Assembly: GCA_951406725.2 (NCBI GenBank)
Contig: OX597835.1
Location: 6,076,001-6,140,000, forward strand
DNA from: Octopus vulgaris
Taxonomy: Eukaryota
Reading direction: 5' to 3'
Length of the DNA stretch: 64,000 nucleotides
Positions 14,036 through 28,539 of this stretch are shown one piece after another. The position numbers and the translations under genes were made by a program. Under the pieces are notes generated by a model. The model did no database searches and had not been told where the DNA came from. It saw only the letters and a list, made by a program, of their open reading frames with translations. How positions within the stretch are numbered: position 1 is the stretch's first letter; the number at the start of each line of letters is the position of its first letter.

Positions 14036-14388
14036 CATAACCACAAAAGAAACGTCGCACACATACTAAATAAAAACCGATTTATTGACAGACTGTCACA
14101 GCATTGATTGAAGAGTGCTAATTAAGCAACCATACTTTGCTAATGATAAAATGTCATTTCTTGAAGTATGACGTCACATGGTGTAATGTGGTGACGGAGT
14201 GTCCTGGATCCGAAGAGGTGATCTCAACACCTCGTGTGATCACAGTTAACGTTGATTACCGCCAGGCATCTTCAGTACATTAAATGCACCAAATGATTGA
14301 TAAAGGCCATGGGGACAGCAGCCCACAACCCTGTTAAAACTTGCCGTGAGTTGTACCGCAGTTTATATATATATACATACATATATAT

Positions 14389-14529
<141 letters not shown>

Positions 14530-14644
14530 CTATATTATATATAAATATATATATACACATATTCCTTCAAAATGTTACCTCGTATGTACCGTTGGCGATT
14601 TTTTTTCCTCTGTCTTCCTTTCTCTGGATCTTTCCTTCTCCTAT

Positions 14645-14679
14645 GTTTCCGACGAAGAGCTCCGCTCGAAACGTTAAAC
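14645..14679 (+). ncRNA. minimal type I hammerhead ribozyme motif (CCGACGA variant) in a probable Penelope-like terminus (about 14575-14772)
   Basis: gttt-CCGACGA-a-gagc(tcc)gctc-GAAA-cg-TT-aaac: stems I and II pair; palindromic ACGT at helix III. Confidence 0.6.
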
Positions 14680-14767
14680 CCTCCTTCTTTCCTGAGCGTC
14701 CAATAATACTATATTTGTTCCACGTCCTCGCGTTGTTGTGTTTTTTTGTGCATTCTTGTTTGGATTA

Positions 14768-14850
<83 letters not shown>

Positions 14851-14984
14851 GCACTCCGTCGGTTAGGACACTATAACAAGGCAATATGTGCGACGCTCTA
14901 CCGGTCCTGCCACTTCATGGCTCTCAATAATCGTTTCTAACATCAGTAAAAGGTTTGAAATTATGGGATAGGGTGATATTCGGT

Positions 14985-15145
14985 ACAAACGCCCCCAGTG
15001 AATTACTGGTATTTAAATTATCCATCCCGTATAAATGAAAGGCAAATATTACCGCAGCCAGGTTTGAACTCAAAGCCCAAATAGTTGGCACAAATACAGC
15101 ATAGCATTTTGTTCGACGCTCTCAAATTTTTAATATCCACTGCCT
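14985..15145 (-). mobile_element. old SINE family B copy
   Basis: ccccagtg...ctggta...atgaaaggcaaa...tttgaactca...agcattttg. Confidence 0.6.
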
Positions 15146-15324
15146 GATGGAAGACACAACAAGAATAAGAATGGGAAAACAGCAAACATTGATGTCAAAT
15201 GGTATAATGGATCTGTTTTAAGTTAATGGAAATTGGTATTCTCGTAGAGTTAAATGTCTTGATCAGAGATACCACACTAATACCCATGTCGGGGAATTCT
15301 GATAACCTATTGATTTCTTTAGAC

Positions 15325-15640
15325 ATAGCGTGGGTTAGTGATTAGTGTATACGACTCACGATTCCGAGCGGCATGTTGTGTCCTTGCGCAAGGCACTTTA
15401 CTTCACGTTGCCCCAGCTGGCAAAAATTAGATGTATCTGTATTTCAATGGGCCAACCTAGTCACGTTCTGTGTCATGCTGAATGAATCTCCCTTAACGTT
15501 AAGGGTATGCGTGTCTGTGGAGTGCTCAGCCACTTGTACGTTAATTTCACGAGGAGGCTGTTCAAAGGAACATCTAATCAACGGGACAGCCGTTAATCAG
15601 ATCAACTGGAACATGCATCGTCGTATACGACGGAGTGCCA
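15325..15640 (+). mobile_element. old SINE family D-related copy
   Basis: Shares gtgtctgtggagtgctcagccactt...gttaatttcacgag...gacggagtgcc with the copy at 4151. Confidence 0.75.
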
Positions 15641-17157
15641 GTAAGCTCTTGTAAGATAAAAGCTGGAGAAAATCAACAAAACATCGAATGAAATCCCTCG
15701 TGGTATTTTATCACATCCATTTGCCTTCTGGATTGAAATCCCTCCGTGATTAAGCTTACATTTATTCCTTGTGGGTGGATAAACAATAAAGCACCATCCT
15801 AGCAGCACAAATGCCGATATAATCGACTCCCGTTCACTTCAATGTAAAGCCCTCTGCCCTGAATTAAAAATCGTTAACTTTGGCTCCTGTGCAATTCATT
15901 ATCCACAGAGAATAACTTTGAATAATTTCCACAGAAAGCAAAACGTGTTTCTGGTTGAAGAAAATTATTCTAATTTATTCTAATGTTAAACACAAATATT
16001 CCAGTTGCGTAACAAAAAATATCGGAAATTTTCGGAACAAACTATGCAGAAATAATGAAACACAAGGGAAGCAAAAGAGGCCAATAACTTTTTGAATTGA
16101 ATCTGTAACTAACAAACCATTTCGAATATTTTATCAACTAAAGCCAACTAAACAGCATTGTTCTAATTAATGAGATACTCGAAGCTTGATTGGATGAGGG
16201 AAGGAGAATCAAATATACTCTGTCTCTGTTGAAGTTTGATTTGGGATTTTTGTTTTTCTTTGACAATTCTTATTGATCGATTTTCAATTTAAAATGTTAA
16301 AAAAACTTTATACGACAATCAATCAGTAGAACAAAGGTTATATTTTCTCATTTTAGTTTTTCTTCTACTTCCTCCTCCTTCTCCTCCCCCTCCTCCTCTC
16401 CTTTCTCTTCATCGTCGTTTTCGTCTTCTTTTTCGTCTTCACAACGGGATAGCGTATGGGTGGGTCGGGGAATGAAACGAAGAAGAAACGACCAACTGCG
16501 CAAAAACAATGTGAAAACAAAAAATTGGGTAAGAGATATTTTAAAATTATTTCATCAAACAAGATGTATATATTATTATTATTGTTGTTGTTGTTGTTGT
16601 TGTTGTTATTATTATTATTATTATCATTATCAGTTGAGTAACTCTGCTTATAGCATTAAAGAAAATTGATTTCTTAGGCAAAAAAAAATGCCGCAAATAT
16701 GGAGGGGAGATGGGGAAGGAGAAGGAGCAAGAGAAGTATACAGCAGGAGGGGCAGGAAGAGCAGAAGGAACAGAAGTAGGAGCAAGAGAAGGAAGAGGAG
16801 GAACAGCAGGAGGAGGACGACGACCACGAACAGGGTAGGAGGGGAGGAGTAGGTGGTGAAACGAGATTGCGTAATAACTGAGCGAAAGTTGTGAAGGTCA
16901 TTAGCAAAAGTAGATTGGCTTGAGTCAGAAATATGTTTGGTAACGTTCGGTTGCTAGGGGCCTCCCCGTATTCCGTAAAGCCTTTAATATTTTTAATATC
17001 TCGATTAATATCGAATGCTCGTTTAATATCGATTTTCTTTTCTCTTTTTTTTTTCTTTTGTTTGTGTACGTGTGTTTTGGCTTCAGAACAAGGTTTTAAA
17101 TGTGGCTGTTAGTACTGCTACTGTCGTTGCTATTTCGGTTGTCATTGTTCTTGTTGT

Positions 17158-17203
<46 letters not shown>

Positions 17204-17296
17204 GATGATGATGATGATTATGATGATGATTAATAGAGTATCAGTCAAGATAGTGGTCTGTTTTCTCTTCTCTCTTGGAATCAGCTATGCAATGTT

Positions 17297-17475
17297 ATAA
17301 ACCTACGATTGTTTCGATTCAGACCCAATAATATATTTATAAAAATTCATGTTTATGGGTAAGAATTTTATCAGGGAAATATTTGTTAAATATTTCCCTG
17401 ATGAGATTCTTACCTATAAACATGAATTTTTGTAAATTTATTATTGGGTCTGAATCGAAACAATTGTAGGATTAT
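17297..17475. repeat. foldback palindrome, 88 bp arms and 3 nt spacer
   Basis: 17297-17384 is the reverse complement of 17388-17475 with about 7 mismatches. Confidence 0.92.
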
Positions 17476-17477
17476 AT
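17390..17477 (+). ncRNA. type I hammerhead ribozyme motif with canonical core and long stem II
   Basis: tcc-CTGATGA-gattc...gaatc-GAAA-caattg-TA-gga; palindromic helix III; predicted cleavage after GUA (17468). Confidence 0.72.
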
Positions 17478-17904
17478 TATTTATATTATATCATATTATA
17501 TTATATTATATTATATTATGTTATATTATATCATTTATATTATATTATATTATATTATATTATATTATATTATATTATATTATATTATATTAATAAATTA
17601 ATATTATGTTAATAAATAAAAATATGTCAATCGTAAATCTCATTTTTGTATATTAAATACATACCCATTTAAATTTGGGAAAAATTGTTCTCTGCTATAT
17701 TGGGTATTAAACAGCCAAACCAGTGAAACAGGGAATGATTTTGCATTCCTATAGAGGAAAATGTTTTCCTTGTATTGAATTTATATATATTGTATTTCGG
17801 GATGGTCATAATGTTTTGCTTCGCCAACCGTAAAGATTTATATACATGCATAAATACAAACCTCGATAGACACACTCAAACACACACACTTACATATATG
17901 TACA

Positions 17905-18046
17905 TATATGACGGGTTTCTTTTATTTTCCAAATCTACTCACAAGGCTTTGGTAGGTGCAAAGCTGTAGTAGAAGATACACTGGATGCCAAGCAGACGCA
18001 GAACCAGGAAGCTGGTAAGCAAACTTACCACACAATCACGCGCGTG
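17905..18046 (-). mobile_element. degenerate SINE family A 5' half
   Basis: aaatctactcacaaggctttgg...gtagaaga...ggtaagcaaacttaccacac. Confidence 0.65.
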
Positions 18047-19344
18047 TGTATATATAGCCATGCATATACACATACATATACATATACATACATGTGCGTG
18101 CGTGCGTGTATGCGTGTGCCTATGTATGTATGTATGTATGTATGTATGTATGTATGTATGTATGTATGTATGTATGTATGTATGTATGTATGTATGCAGA
18201 TATAATTAAGAGATTTTGTATGTATGTATGTATGTATGTATGTATGTATGTATGTATGTATGTATATGTATGTATGTATGTATGCAGATATAATTAAGAG
18301 ATTTTCTTCCAGACTGTTGTCGCATTCGACAAGCAGTCTCCGTTCATTCACAACAGAAAATCTCTTTTATATTCCACAACTGTGATATAAATCAACAGAA
18401 AACTAAGTGTAATGCAACACCCTTTCTCTCTAACGACGAAAACAGTTCTTTCATTGGCAGGATTAACATATCTTATTAATTTGTAACACCTTCGGATTGT
18501 CCAAAATATTATTACTAAAGATAATATTTGGTGTGTTGTACTTCGCGGCTATAATTCAATTTGGTGACACTCACGTAATTAAGAAATTATGCACCTTCAT
18601 GAACCTTTACCTTATCACATTATTTTAGCAATTTCTTATCCAAAATTATAATCAATAAAGGCAGGGAAATTTTTTATTTATAGTTTCATCAAAGTAGGGC
18701 AGCACCCATCAGGTTATCGTGACCCGTGAGACTATGTTGTTGTCGAAATAGATGTAAAATAAAACGACTCCTAATCTTGATTTTTAATAGGGAGAAATGC
18801 ATTATGAGTGAGTTATATATCATCAGAATTGTGACTTGGTCTGAATAATTGCAACAAAAGTAAATACTCCTGAATGTAATCAAATGTCAGGTGATAGGAT
18901 TAAACAGAACGATAGATTAATTCTATAGGATTAAGCCGAGCGATCGTTTATGCCTATGGTAAAATTAGTAAAATATTAAAAAACAATGTCTTGCCATTTT
19001 TAACTAAGTCTCATTATTTTGAAGAATAACAAAATATTAGTTTAAGTCGTGCATTGATTTAATCCCCTTATAAGTACCCTTCAAATAAATCGTCATTGTG
19101 GTCCGGTATATCCTTCCATTTTTACAATAAATATTGAACAGTGTTTGACTGGTTTGATATGGTGATGATATATTTGGCTGCTATTTCTAACAGATAGGGT
19201 GACTGCACAGCAGGTCGCACAAAATTTACTTTCAGCTTCCTGTATTCTCATGCGAAATGTCACCAGAGTAGATTTGCAGTCCCATAGTTCGGATGTAGGT
19301 GAAATAAAGTACTGTCCAAATATAAACGTTGAAGCCAAGCAAAT

Positions 19345-19532
19345 CTCTTAACTTTTACTTGTTTCATTCATTAGACTGCGGCCATGCTGGGCAGCACCGC
19401 CTTGAAGAATTTTTAGTTGAAAGAATCGCCCCCAAATTCTTACATTTTTAAATCCAGGTATTTATTCCATCTGTCTCTTTTACAGGACGTAAACACAACA
19501 CCGAAGCGATTGTGGGGGGAGAACACACAAAC

Positions 19533-19577
<45 letters not shown>

Positions 19578-19601
19578 TTATATATATATATATACATATA
19601 T

Positions 19602-19637
<36 letters not shown>

Positions 19638-19712
19638 GATGGGCTTCCATCAGTTTCTGTCTATCAAAACCACTCACACGGGCTTTGATCGGCCTGTTGC
19701 TGTAGCAGAAGA
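19345..19712 (-). mobile_element. SINE family A, 5' truncated
   Basis: ttttacttgtttcattcattagactgcggccatgctgg...gacgtaaacac...cactcaca. Confidence 0.78.
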
Positions 19713-19868
19713 TTAAATAAAGTACGATTGAAGTACTAGGTGGATGAAATCGACTGTACAACACCCACCACCACCACGACACGAACAAACAGTAGATACC
19801 TTGTGTTTTCGAGGGTGGTGTGAATAAGAGGAAGAGATTTCTTCGAGTTGATACTGAACTTTTGATGA

Positions 19869-19902
<34 letters not shown>

Positions 19903-20931
19903 GGTGGTGGTGGTGGTGGTAGTGACTACGATGACGATGATGATAGACATGGTGGTGATATTGGTGGAAGTGGTAATAGTGGTGATGGTGGTAGAGCTGG
20001 GGACGGTGGTGGAGAAGGCGATAATAGTGACGATGAACTTGTTTCTCCTTATCGATGTTGTTATTTGGGGGGGTAACCTCCACCAACACTGCTATCTCAG
20101 CTCAATTCTGACAAATCAAAAAGATCTATGATTTCTGAGATATCTATCTTAGCTGTCATTTCTAACCAGCCGAGTGACCACGTAGAATAAGGCGTCCTTC
20201 GGCCGTGATTGGTGGAGACACTCACATGGTTTCAGTCTCTGGTTCCGCTCAGTTCTGCTCCATAGTAACCTCGAATGCTCGAAGGAGGATATGAAAAAAA
20301 AGCTAAATCCATGAGCATCACATTTTCTATTCACTTTTCCTAAAATGGTGCCTTTGTAACTGAATAAGCCAATCCAAAATATTGAAATGTAATTCTTTGA
20401 ACAATCTTCTACATTAAGAAATATTTTAAAGAAAAAAACAGATGTTTTTCTTTTTTCTCTTTTACGAATCGATAGCTTTAATAGTTCTTAGACTACACAG
20501 TGTAGCTTCTGTAAAGAACCAGAGGTGTAGTGGGGGATAGAAGATGTAGAATAAAATAGAGAAATATGATTTTCCAAAAGAGAAAAAAAAATTTTAATGT
20601 TATATAAAATTTAAGGAAAATAAAATATTAAAAAATGAAATGACAAGAAAACAAAATCAAACGAAGGAAATTCAAAATGGGAGACCGGAAGAGAAAACTT
20701 TAATTGAGTGGCCATATTGTAACCAGTGGGGAGCAGAAAGGAAGAAAATGCTAAATGTGTGTGTGTGTATGTATGAATGCGTTTATGTATGTGCATATTT
20801 ACACATACACACACACATACACACTTTCATATATATTTGTATATATATATATATATATATATACATACAGAGAGAGAGAACGACAGGCTTGTATATATAT
20901 AAATATATGTATATATATATATATATGTATG

Positions 20932-20995
<64 letters not shown>

Positions 20996-21190
20996 CGTAT
21001 ATATACATATGTATATAGGAAGAGGTTAATCGGAAGCACTCACACACACACACTAGGAAAATAATCTCTTCCCAAAAAGGTTAGTAACATCCTGATAAAA
21101 GACTTTATAATTTATTTTTTTTAATAATTTTCTCTATTTTGAAATCTCCTTTATACTTAAAAACTGCATGAAGAAATTTTTCCGAAAGAT

Positions 21191-21234
<44 letters not shown>

Positions 21235-21239
21235 GAATA

Positions 21240-21354
21240 TACGAAGTCTGATAAATAAATATCCAGACTGATGCCATAGTAACGAAGCTAAAGCACGCAG
21301 AGTGAAACTGCTTCGCAAAAGTTGACCTTGAGTTCTGCTGTGCATGTGCACTAA

Positions 21355-21357
<3 letters not shown>
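21240..21357. mobile_element. solo terminal fragment of the mariner family at 58325
   Basis: tacgaagtctgataaataaatatccagact...atagtaacgaagctaaagcacgcagagt matches the termini of 58325-59402. Confidence 0.75.
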
Positions 21358-21411
<54 letters not shown>

Positions 21412-21908
21412 AATTTGCAGCTTTTCTATACACAAAGATGATACCTTGCGGAATAGTTGCTATTTTAATGACATACATCTTGTAAACACCTTAAGAGATA
21501 CATCTACACCAACGGCTACTACAAAAGCAGTTGATAAGTAATCCGCCCGTGAGGGGACCATGCTAGATGGATTGAAAGAGTTGTAGTAATTAATAAGCAT
21601 GCACGCATCTTCCATCTTCCGTGTCTCTCACTAAACAAATACATATATATATATATTTGAATTTAAATTTAAAATGATGAGGGGGAAAAAATTAATATTT
21701 ATTTGATGGTCTACCGTATTATAATCTGAAGATAGAGAAAAATTATATTACATACGTATAAAGGGAATGACTACTATGTGGGCATCCATGTGCTAGAAGT
21801 AGATCCGCTATGGTCTTAACACTAAGAAAGGAATGTTCTGAAGAAAATTTTAGCAATCGCCAGAACATAAGCGAGCATGAGAAAGGAAAAGAAACAAAAT
21901 ATGGATTA

Positions 21909-21967
21909 ATCACAAACCAGTTTTGCTATTACCACTTACGTAATTGTCTGTAGCTCATCAGTGTGAT
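21909..21967 (-). ncRNA. decayed type I hammerhead ribozyme motif in a probable Penelope-like terminus (about 21655-21970)
   Basis: Minus strand: atcaca-CTGATGA-gcta...tagc-AAAA-ctgg-TT-tgtgat; 6 bp stem I and 4 bp stem II; G12 replaced by A at a CpG site. Confidence 0.65.
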
Positions 21968-22050
21968 CGTCTTCGCAAATAAAATTTGAAGAACTATAGA
22001 CGAGACGTCCGCAACTGTGTCTTCATATCTAGATATCTGTCTACCAATCT

Positions 22051-22258
<208 letters not shown>

Positions 22259-22269
22259 TTATCTCGAAC

Positions 22270-22584
22270 GACCTTCGAAGCTCATAGGGCCGATGACTCG
22301 GATTCCGTGGCGTATGTGATTGATCCCCTGGATGAGACGCCGGTCCATTGCCGCACACTGAGTGAACTGAAGAAATGCGGAATGAAGTGTTTTGCTCAAG
22401 AACACAACGCATCACCCGGTCCAAGAATCAAAACCACAATATAGCGAGTGACGTCGCAGCTCATTTCTACAGCTGAATGAACTGGAGCAACGCTCAAGAA
22501 CAAAACACGCATCCCGGTCGAGGAATCCAACTCACAACCTCACGATCGTAAGCTCGACGATCTAATCATTGAGCCATGCGCCTT
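22270..22584 (-). mobile_element. two adjacent SINE family C-related fragments
   Basis: ctgagtgaactg...tgctcaagaacacaacg occurs twice; second piece ends in the head ctcacgatcgtaagctcgacg...gagccatgcgcc. Confidence 0.75.
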
Positions 22585-22680
22585 CCCATATATACACCAC
22601 CACAAATGCATTTTCATGTACGTGTATACATATTCATATATAAAAATTGTATATATGTATATATACATATATCTGTGGTA

Positions 22681-22761
<81 letters not shown>

Positions 22762-23033
22762 CATACATACATACATACATACATACATACATACATACAT
22801 ACATACATACATACACACATACAATTTATAGCAATATGCCGCTGTGCGTCTCTGTGTCTGTATATGTATGTGAGCACATCTACATATGCCGATATACATG
22901 TGAGTGTGTGTGTGTGTATATATATATATATACGTATATCTATGCATATATATGTGTGTATATATATATAGACGTATATATATATATATATATATATAGA
23001 CGTATATATATACATATATATGTGTGTGTGTAG

Positions 23034-23073
<40 letters not shown>

Positions 23074-23279
23074 GTATATATATATACATACATATATATG
23101 TGTGTGTAGATATATATATATATATGTATATGTAGATATATATATATATGTGTGTGTGTGTGTATACCCACACATACATAGCAATATATTAATACGTGTG
23201 TGTGTGCGTGCGTGTGTGTGTGTTCATGTAATTGCCTTGGATTTTGCAGCGGAGGAGGCGAACCAAAAGTCAACAAACG

Positions 23280-23325
<46 letters not shown>

Positions 23326-24013
23326 TAAAACAGGAAACAAAAACAAAACACCCCAAACAAACAAACAAACAACAGACAAAGATAGAAACAAACAAACAAG
23401 TAAAAAACAAAAGCCAGCCCCTCTTTTGTAAGATTGGCTTTCTATGAAACGCAAAAGCTTTGTTTGTGAAGAGCAAAAACAAAAAAGGGACCAATAAAAT
23501 AAACCTGATATAAATCTCAGAAACTAATCCTGCCTCTCGTACATCATTTATTTCTCCGGATCATTAGTAAGTTGCGTATCATATTCTTCGACTTGGAATT
23601 ATTTTGTTCTTGCAGATGTCTGAATAAGCGTTTTATTTTATTTATTTTTTTTTTTTGGTTTTGCTCTTTTCTTGCTTTTTGGTTTTACTCTTTTCTTGCT
23701 TTTTGGTTTGGTTTTTGTTTTTGTTTTTTTTGTTTTTTCCTTTCTTCTGTTGGTCTATTTGGCTTCTTCTAGTTTTTTTGGTAAGCAAAGAGAAATACAT
23801 TGAAAATAAGCTTTAAATAACTTTTACGTGTTGAAACATCGAAAGTAGAGATCGGAAATAAAAAGACGTAAAACAAAAGACATTTTAATGGATTGTTTCT
23901 CGCTCTCCAACACAATGTCTACACACACACACACACATATATATATATATGTATATATATATATATGTATATATGTATATATGTATGTGTATATATATAT
24001 ATATGTATATATG

Positions 24014-24064
<51 letters not shown>

Positions 24065-25406
24065 TGCATATATATTTACAGTAGGAGCACTCCTCTTATC
24101 TATGCGTGCATGATACGTGATGAAATATCTATGATGAATATAGATAGAAAGCGAGAGAGCAGAGAAAGAGCAAAGAGAGAGAGAGAGCAGAGAGAGCAGA
24201 GGGAGAGCAGAGAGAGAGCAAAGAGAGAGAGCAGAGAGCGAGCAGAGGGGGAGCAAAGAGAAATAGAGAGAGCAAAGAGAGAGAGAGCAGAAAGAGATAG
24301 GAGAGAGAGAGGGGGGTCACTTACAAAGAGAGTTGTTCCATTCAGACAAAAGGCATTGTGGTAGTTGTTCCACATCTCTACACTCAGTGTTCAAATCCTG
24401 CCTTCACTTCTATAAACTTCATAGTCACCGAAACTATTGAAGAAAATAAGATACCTGCTGCCAAGTTCCTGCTTGCTTGTGATTGATGTCCCTTACCTTT
24501 AATTTAGTTACACGGGGAGCGGAGTCGACTGAAACCATTTGCAAGTTCTTTAAGTTTCACTTTGACGTTATTATCCAGACGAAACAATGTTCAGGCGTCG
24601 GAACAAAATCCATTTAACCAAGACGACGTTTGGATATCATTGTTTCAATCGCAAGCCAAGCAGATCGTTTGAATGGGGTTGTCTTTCCAAACTCAGAGAA
24701 AGAAATTATCATAAAGAAAGGCAACTTCTTTTGGCATGATATCGGATTTGGGAACCATTGTCGTCTTTATATAACTGGAAAAAAAAAATATCTTGGCTTT
24801 ATAATGTCGTATCTTGAACAGAAAACAAGAAAGCTTCTTGGCATACTTCAATACCCAGGAATTTACTATTCAAGCTATCAATCGTATTCATCTAGCAGCT
24901 GAGTTTGAGCTGCAAACCAGCTTAAACCACAGCTTTTCGTCGACTCGCGACTTGATATGAAAGTCGGTACACACAGTCCAAATGTTAATTTCAAACCTGC
25001 TAAATTCGTACGGCCCTAACTCCAAGAAAACCATCTTCTTGTGTACACCACTTGACTCAATGATTATCAAGAAACATATTTGGAAAGACTTTACAATCAA
25101 GTCAATAAAATATTATTTTTAAAACTCATCAAGTATTTTTTTTTTAATGTCAGAATTTCGTCATCCATCAAGTCCTTACCCTCAAGAAAATGTTTGCTTG
25201 TTTTGATTTTACTTTCATTTTTTGTTTTTGTTGTTGGCATCTGTTGGTTTTTATTATTGCTTGGAAATTAGCACGTCTTACGAGCGATCCAAATGGTCGG
25301 TATTAGCCAATGGAAGAGCAAATTATCTATAACGTAGGCACACTCACACGCACAAACACGCACCCACATACGGGTCTTTAATGCTAGTATATATATATAT
25401 ATAATA

Positions 25407-25618
25407 TTTTACTTGCTTCAGTCATTTGACTGCGGTCATGCTGGAGCACCGCCTTTGGTCGAGCAAATCGACTCTAGGACTTATTCTTTGTAAGCCTAGT
25501 ACTTATTCTATCGGTCACTTTTGCCGAACCGCTAAGTTACGGGGACGTAAACGCACCAGCATCATCGGTTGTGAAGCGATGTTGGAGAAAGATAAACATA
25601 GACACACAAACATATACA

Positions 25619-25699
<81 letters not shown>

Positions 25700-25852
25700 G
25701 TACGACGGGCTTCTTTCAGTTTCCGTCAACAAAATCCACCCACAAGGCTTTGGTCGGCCCGATGCTATAGTAGAAGACAGTTGCCACGCAGTGGGACTGA
25801 ACCTGGAACCATGTGGTCGGTAAGCAAGCTACTTACCACACAGCCACTCCTG
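25407..25852 (-). mobile_element. SINE family A
   Basis: Reverse complement of the family A sequence along its length. Confidence 0.88.
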
Positions 25853-25969
<117 letters not shown>

Positions 25970-26402
25970 GGTGTGTATACGTATGTGTAGAAAATGAGTA
26001 GATTCATAATGTATATCGCTGGTAGCAAAGCCATCTACAACGGTTTCAGGAGGTTTTAAAGTATAGCTTCTCAGTAAGAAAGTGTATAAAATATTGGTAG
26101 CCTGTCTATGGCGAATCAATAAGCCCGTTAAATTTCGATTAATTGAGCGGAACAAATATTTATACATCTTAAATTCTATAAACGTTGTCGAGTGCACTTT
26201 CCTAGAATCAATTCAGTTTGCATGAGGTAATATATTAGTAAGGAGAGCTGCCTGCTGCAGTTGCAAAGGAACGCTGCTGTTGCACTTGACAAGCTTGTAG
26301 TAATAGACACGTGACTTAAGGTGAATACACGCACATACGAGTGCGTATATATATATATATAGAGATAGATAGATATAGATATATAGATATAGATAGATAG
26401 AT

Positions 26403-26461
<59 letters not shown>

Positions 26462-26528
26462 TAGATATATATATAGATATATATATATATACATATATAC
26501 ATATATATATACATATATTCATATATAT

Positions 26529-26621
<93 letters not shown>

Positions 26622-26703
26622 TACATATCCTGTGCGTTATACGAATACATCTGTTTGTTTTGTACACCACCTGTCTTCGTCTTTTGTTTTTTTCGGAAAC
26701 TCT

Positions 26704-26762
<59 letters not shown>

Positions 26763-27021
26763 TGTAAGTATACATATGTATGTATATATACATATATATA
26801 GGTGTGTGTGTGTGTGTATGTATGTATTCATAGGAAGGTGGCAGGTGAAAGAGACAGGTAGATAAACGATAAGATGGATGATGCAAATGCTAAACTTAGT
26901 AATGGGTCTTTTCTGTCATGTATTTCATGTTATAATACATGGGTGAAAGCGAATGCGAGTGTTTTGTAAGTATACACATATGCATACATGCATATATACA
27001 TGCATATATATATACACACAC

Positions 27022-27097
<76 letters not shown>

Positions 27098-27333
27098 GTA
27101 TATCTGCATGCATGTCTGAATATATGAATGTATATACTTTGTATGTGTGTGTATTTAAGTATAACGGAATGTATTTTTTGTATGTACGTATGTACGCAAT
27201 TATGTATGCATGTGCGTACGCCAATGAATATACACTTGAAGATGTGATCTTTTCTTTATTTTGCATTCTATACACACATGCACTGACATATATATCTTTG
27301 AGTATGTGTGTGTGTCTGTGTGTGCATGTATGT

Positions 27334-27389
<56 letters not shown>

Positions 27390-27478
27390 AAAGAGTAAAG
27401 TATATATATAAATATAGATATATATATATATATATATAGTAAAAGAGTAAAGTATATATATAAATATAGATATATATA

Positions 27479-27527
<49 letters not shown>

Positions 27528-27929
27528 GCACACACACTTATGTATATGTATATGTGTATGTGTTTCTATGAGAGAGAATATTAATTTTGCATTATTAACT
27601 GAGCTAAAACGACATCATAATGACATAAAATGTGTTCAATACCTTAAGTAGTGTCTACTATTTCGTATTATATAACTGAATAGTTAACCTTATTACCTTG
27701 TTCATTCTTTCAAGTTTCATGGAGCAGTAGTGGATATATCTTTTAAGTTTTATAGACATATATATGGGGGGAAGACTCTATATGTGTGTGTTTGTCGTTC
27801 TTGTGTGCACTTAATGTATGTTACATATACGGACATTTTGACATTCATATCTGCGTATAGATAGAATTGTTTATAAATGTTCATGTGAGCGCGCATATAG
27901 ATACATACATGTGCATACTTACATACATA

Positions 27930-27985
<56 letters not shown>

Positions 27986-28132
27986 CATAAAACCTCCTGC
28001 ACATGTGTGTAGACATACATATGTATATATTTATATATATATACATATACATATATATTCACGTACTTCTATATATGTATGTATATTTAGATATAAAGAT
28101 ATATATATGTATATATATGTACATATATATGT

Positions 28133-28181
<49 letters not shown>

Positions 28182-28539
28182 CATACAGCGTATATGTATA
28201 TAGACTCGTTCATATAAGTGTTTAACCAGAACTAATATCAACCGATCGCGTTTCCTGTCTTTCCGCCATGTTGGTCTTAGTTGAAGGAGTTGTTATTCAA
28301 TTCAAACACAACCCTTGTAAACTTTGAAGAATCAGTAATATTGCGTGATTAAGTAATGTTTGAAGACCAGGATTCTTCTCTTTTAGTCCATTCACAACAC
28401 AAAGCCTAAACATGTACGATTTTAACCTGCCACAATATAATTTGCTATAAAAACACCGAAATTATAAGAAAAATCAAAAGTGATCAAGAAGCAAACATTT
28501 TCAAAACAGTAGTAACACGTTTATGTGCGTAAATATGTG

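Noticed and set aside
24600-25100. Possible old transposase remnant
   Set aside because: Coding-like composition, but no motif that I can identify with confidence.
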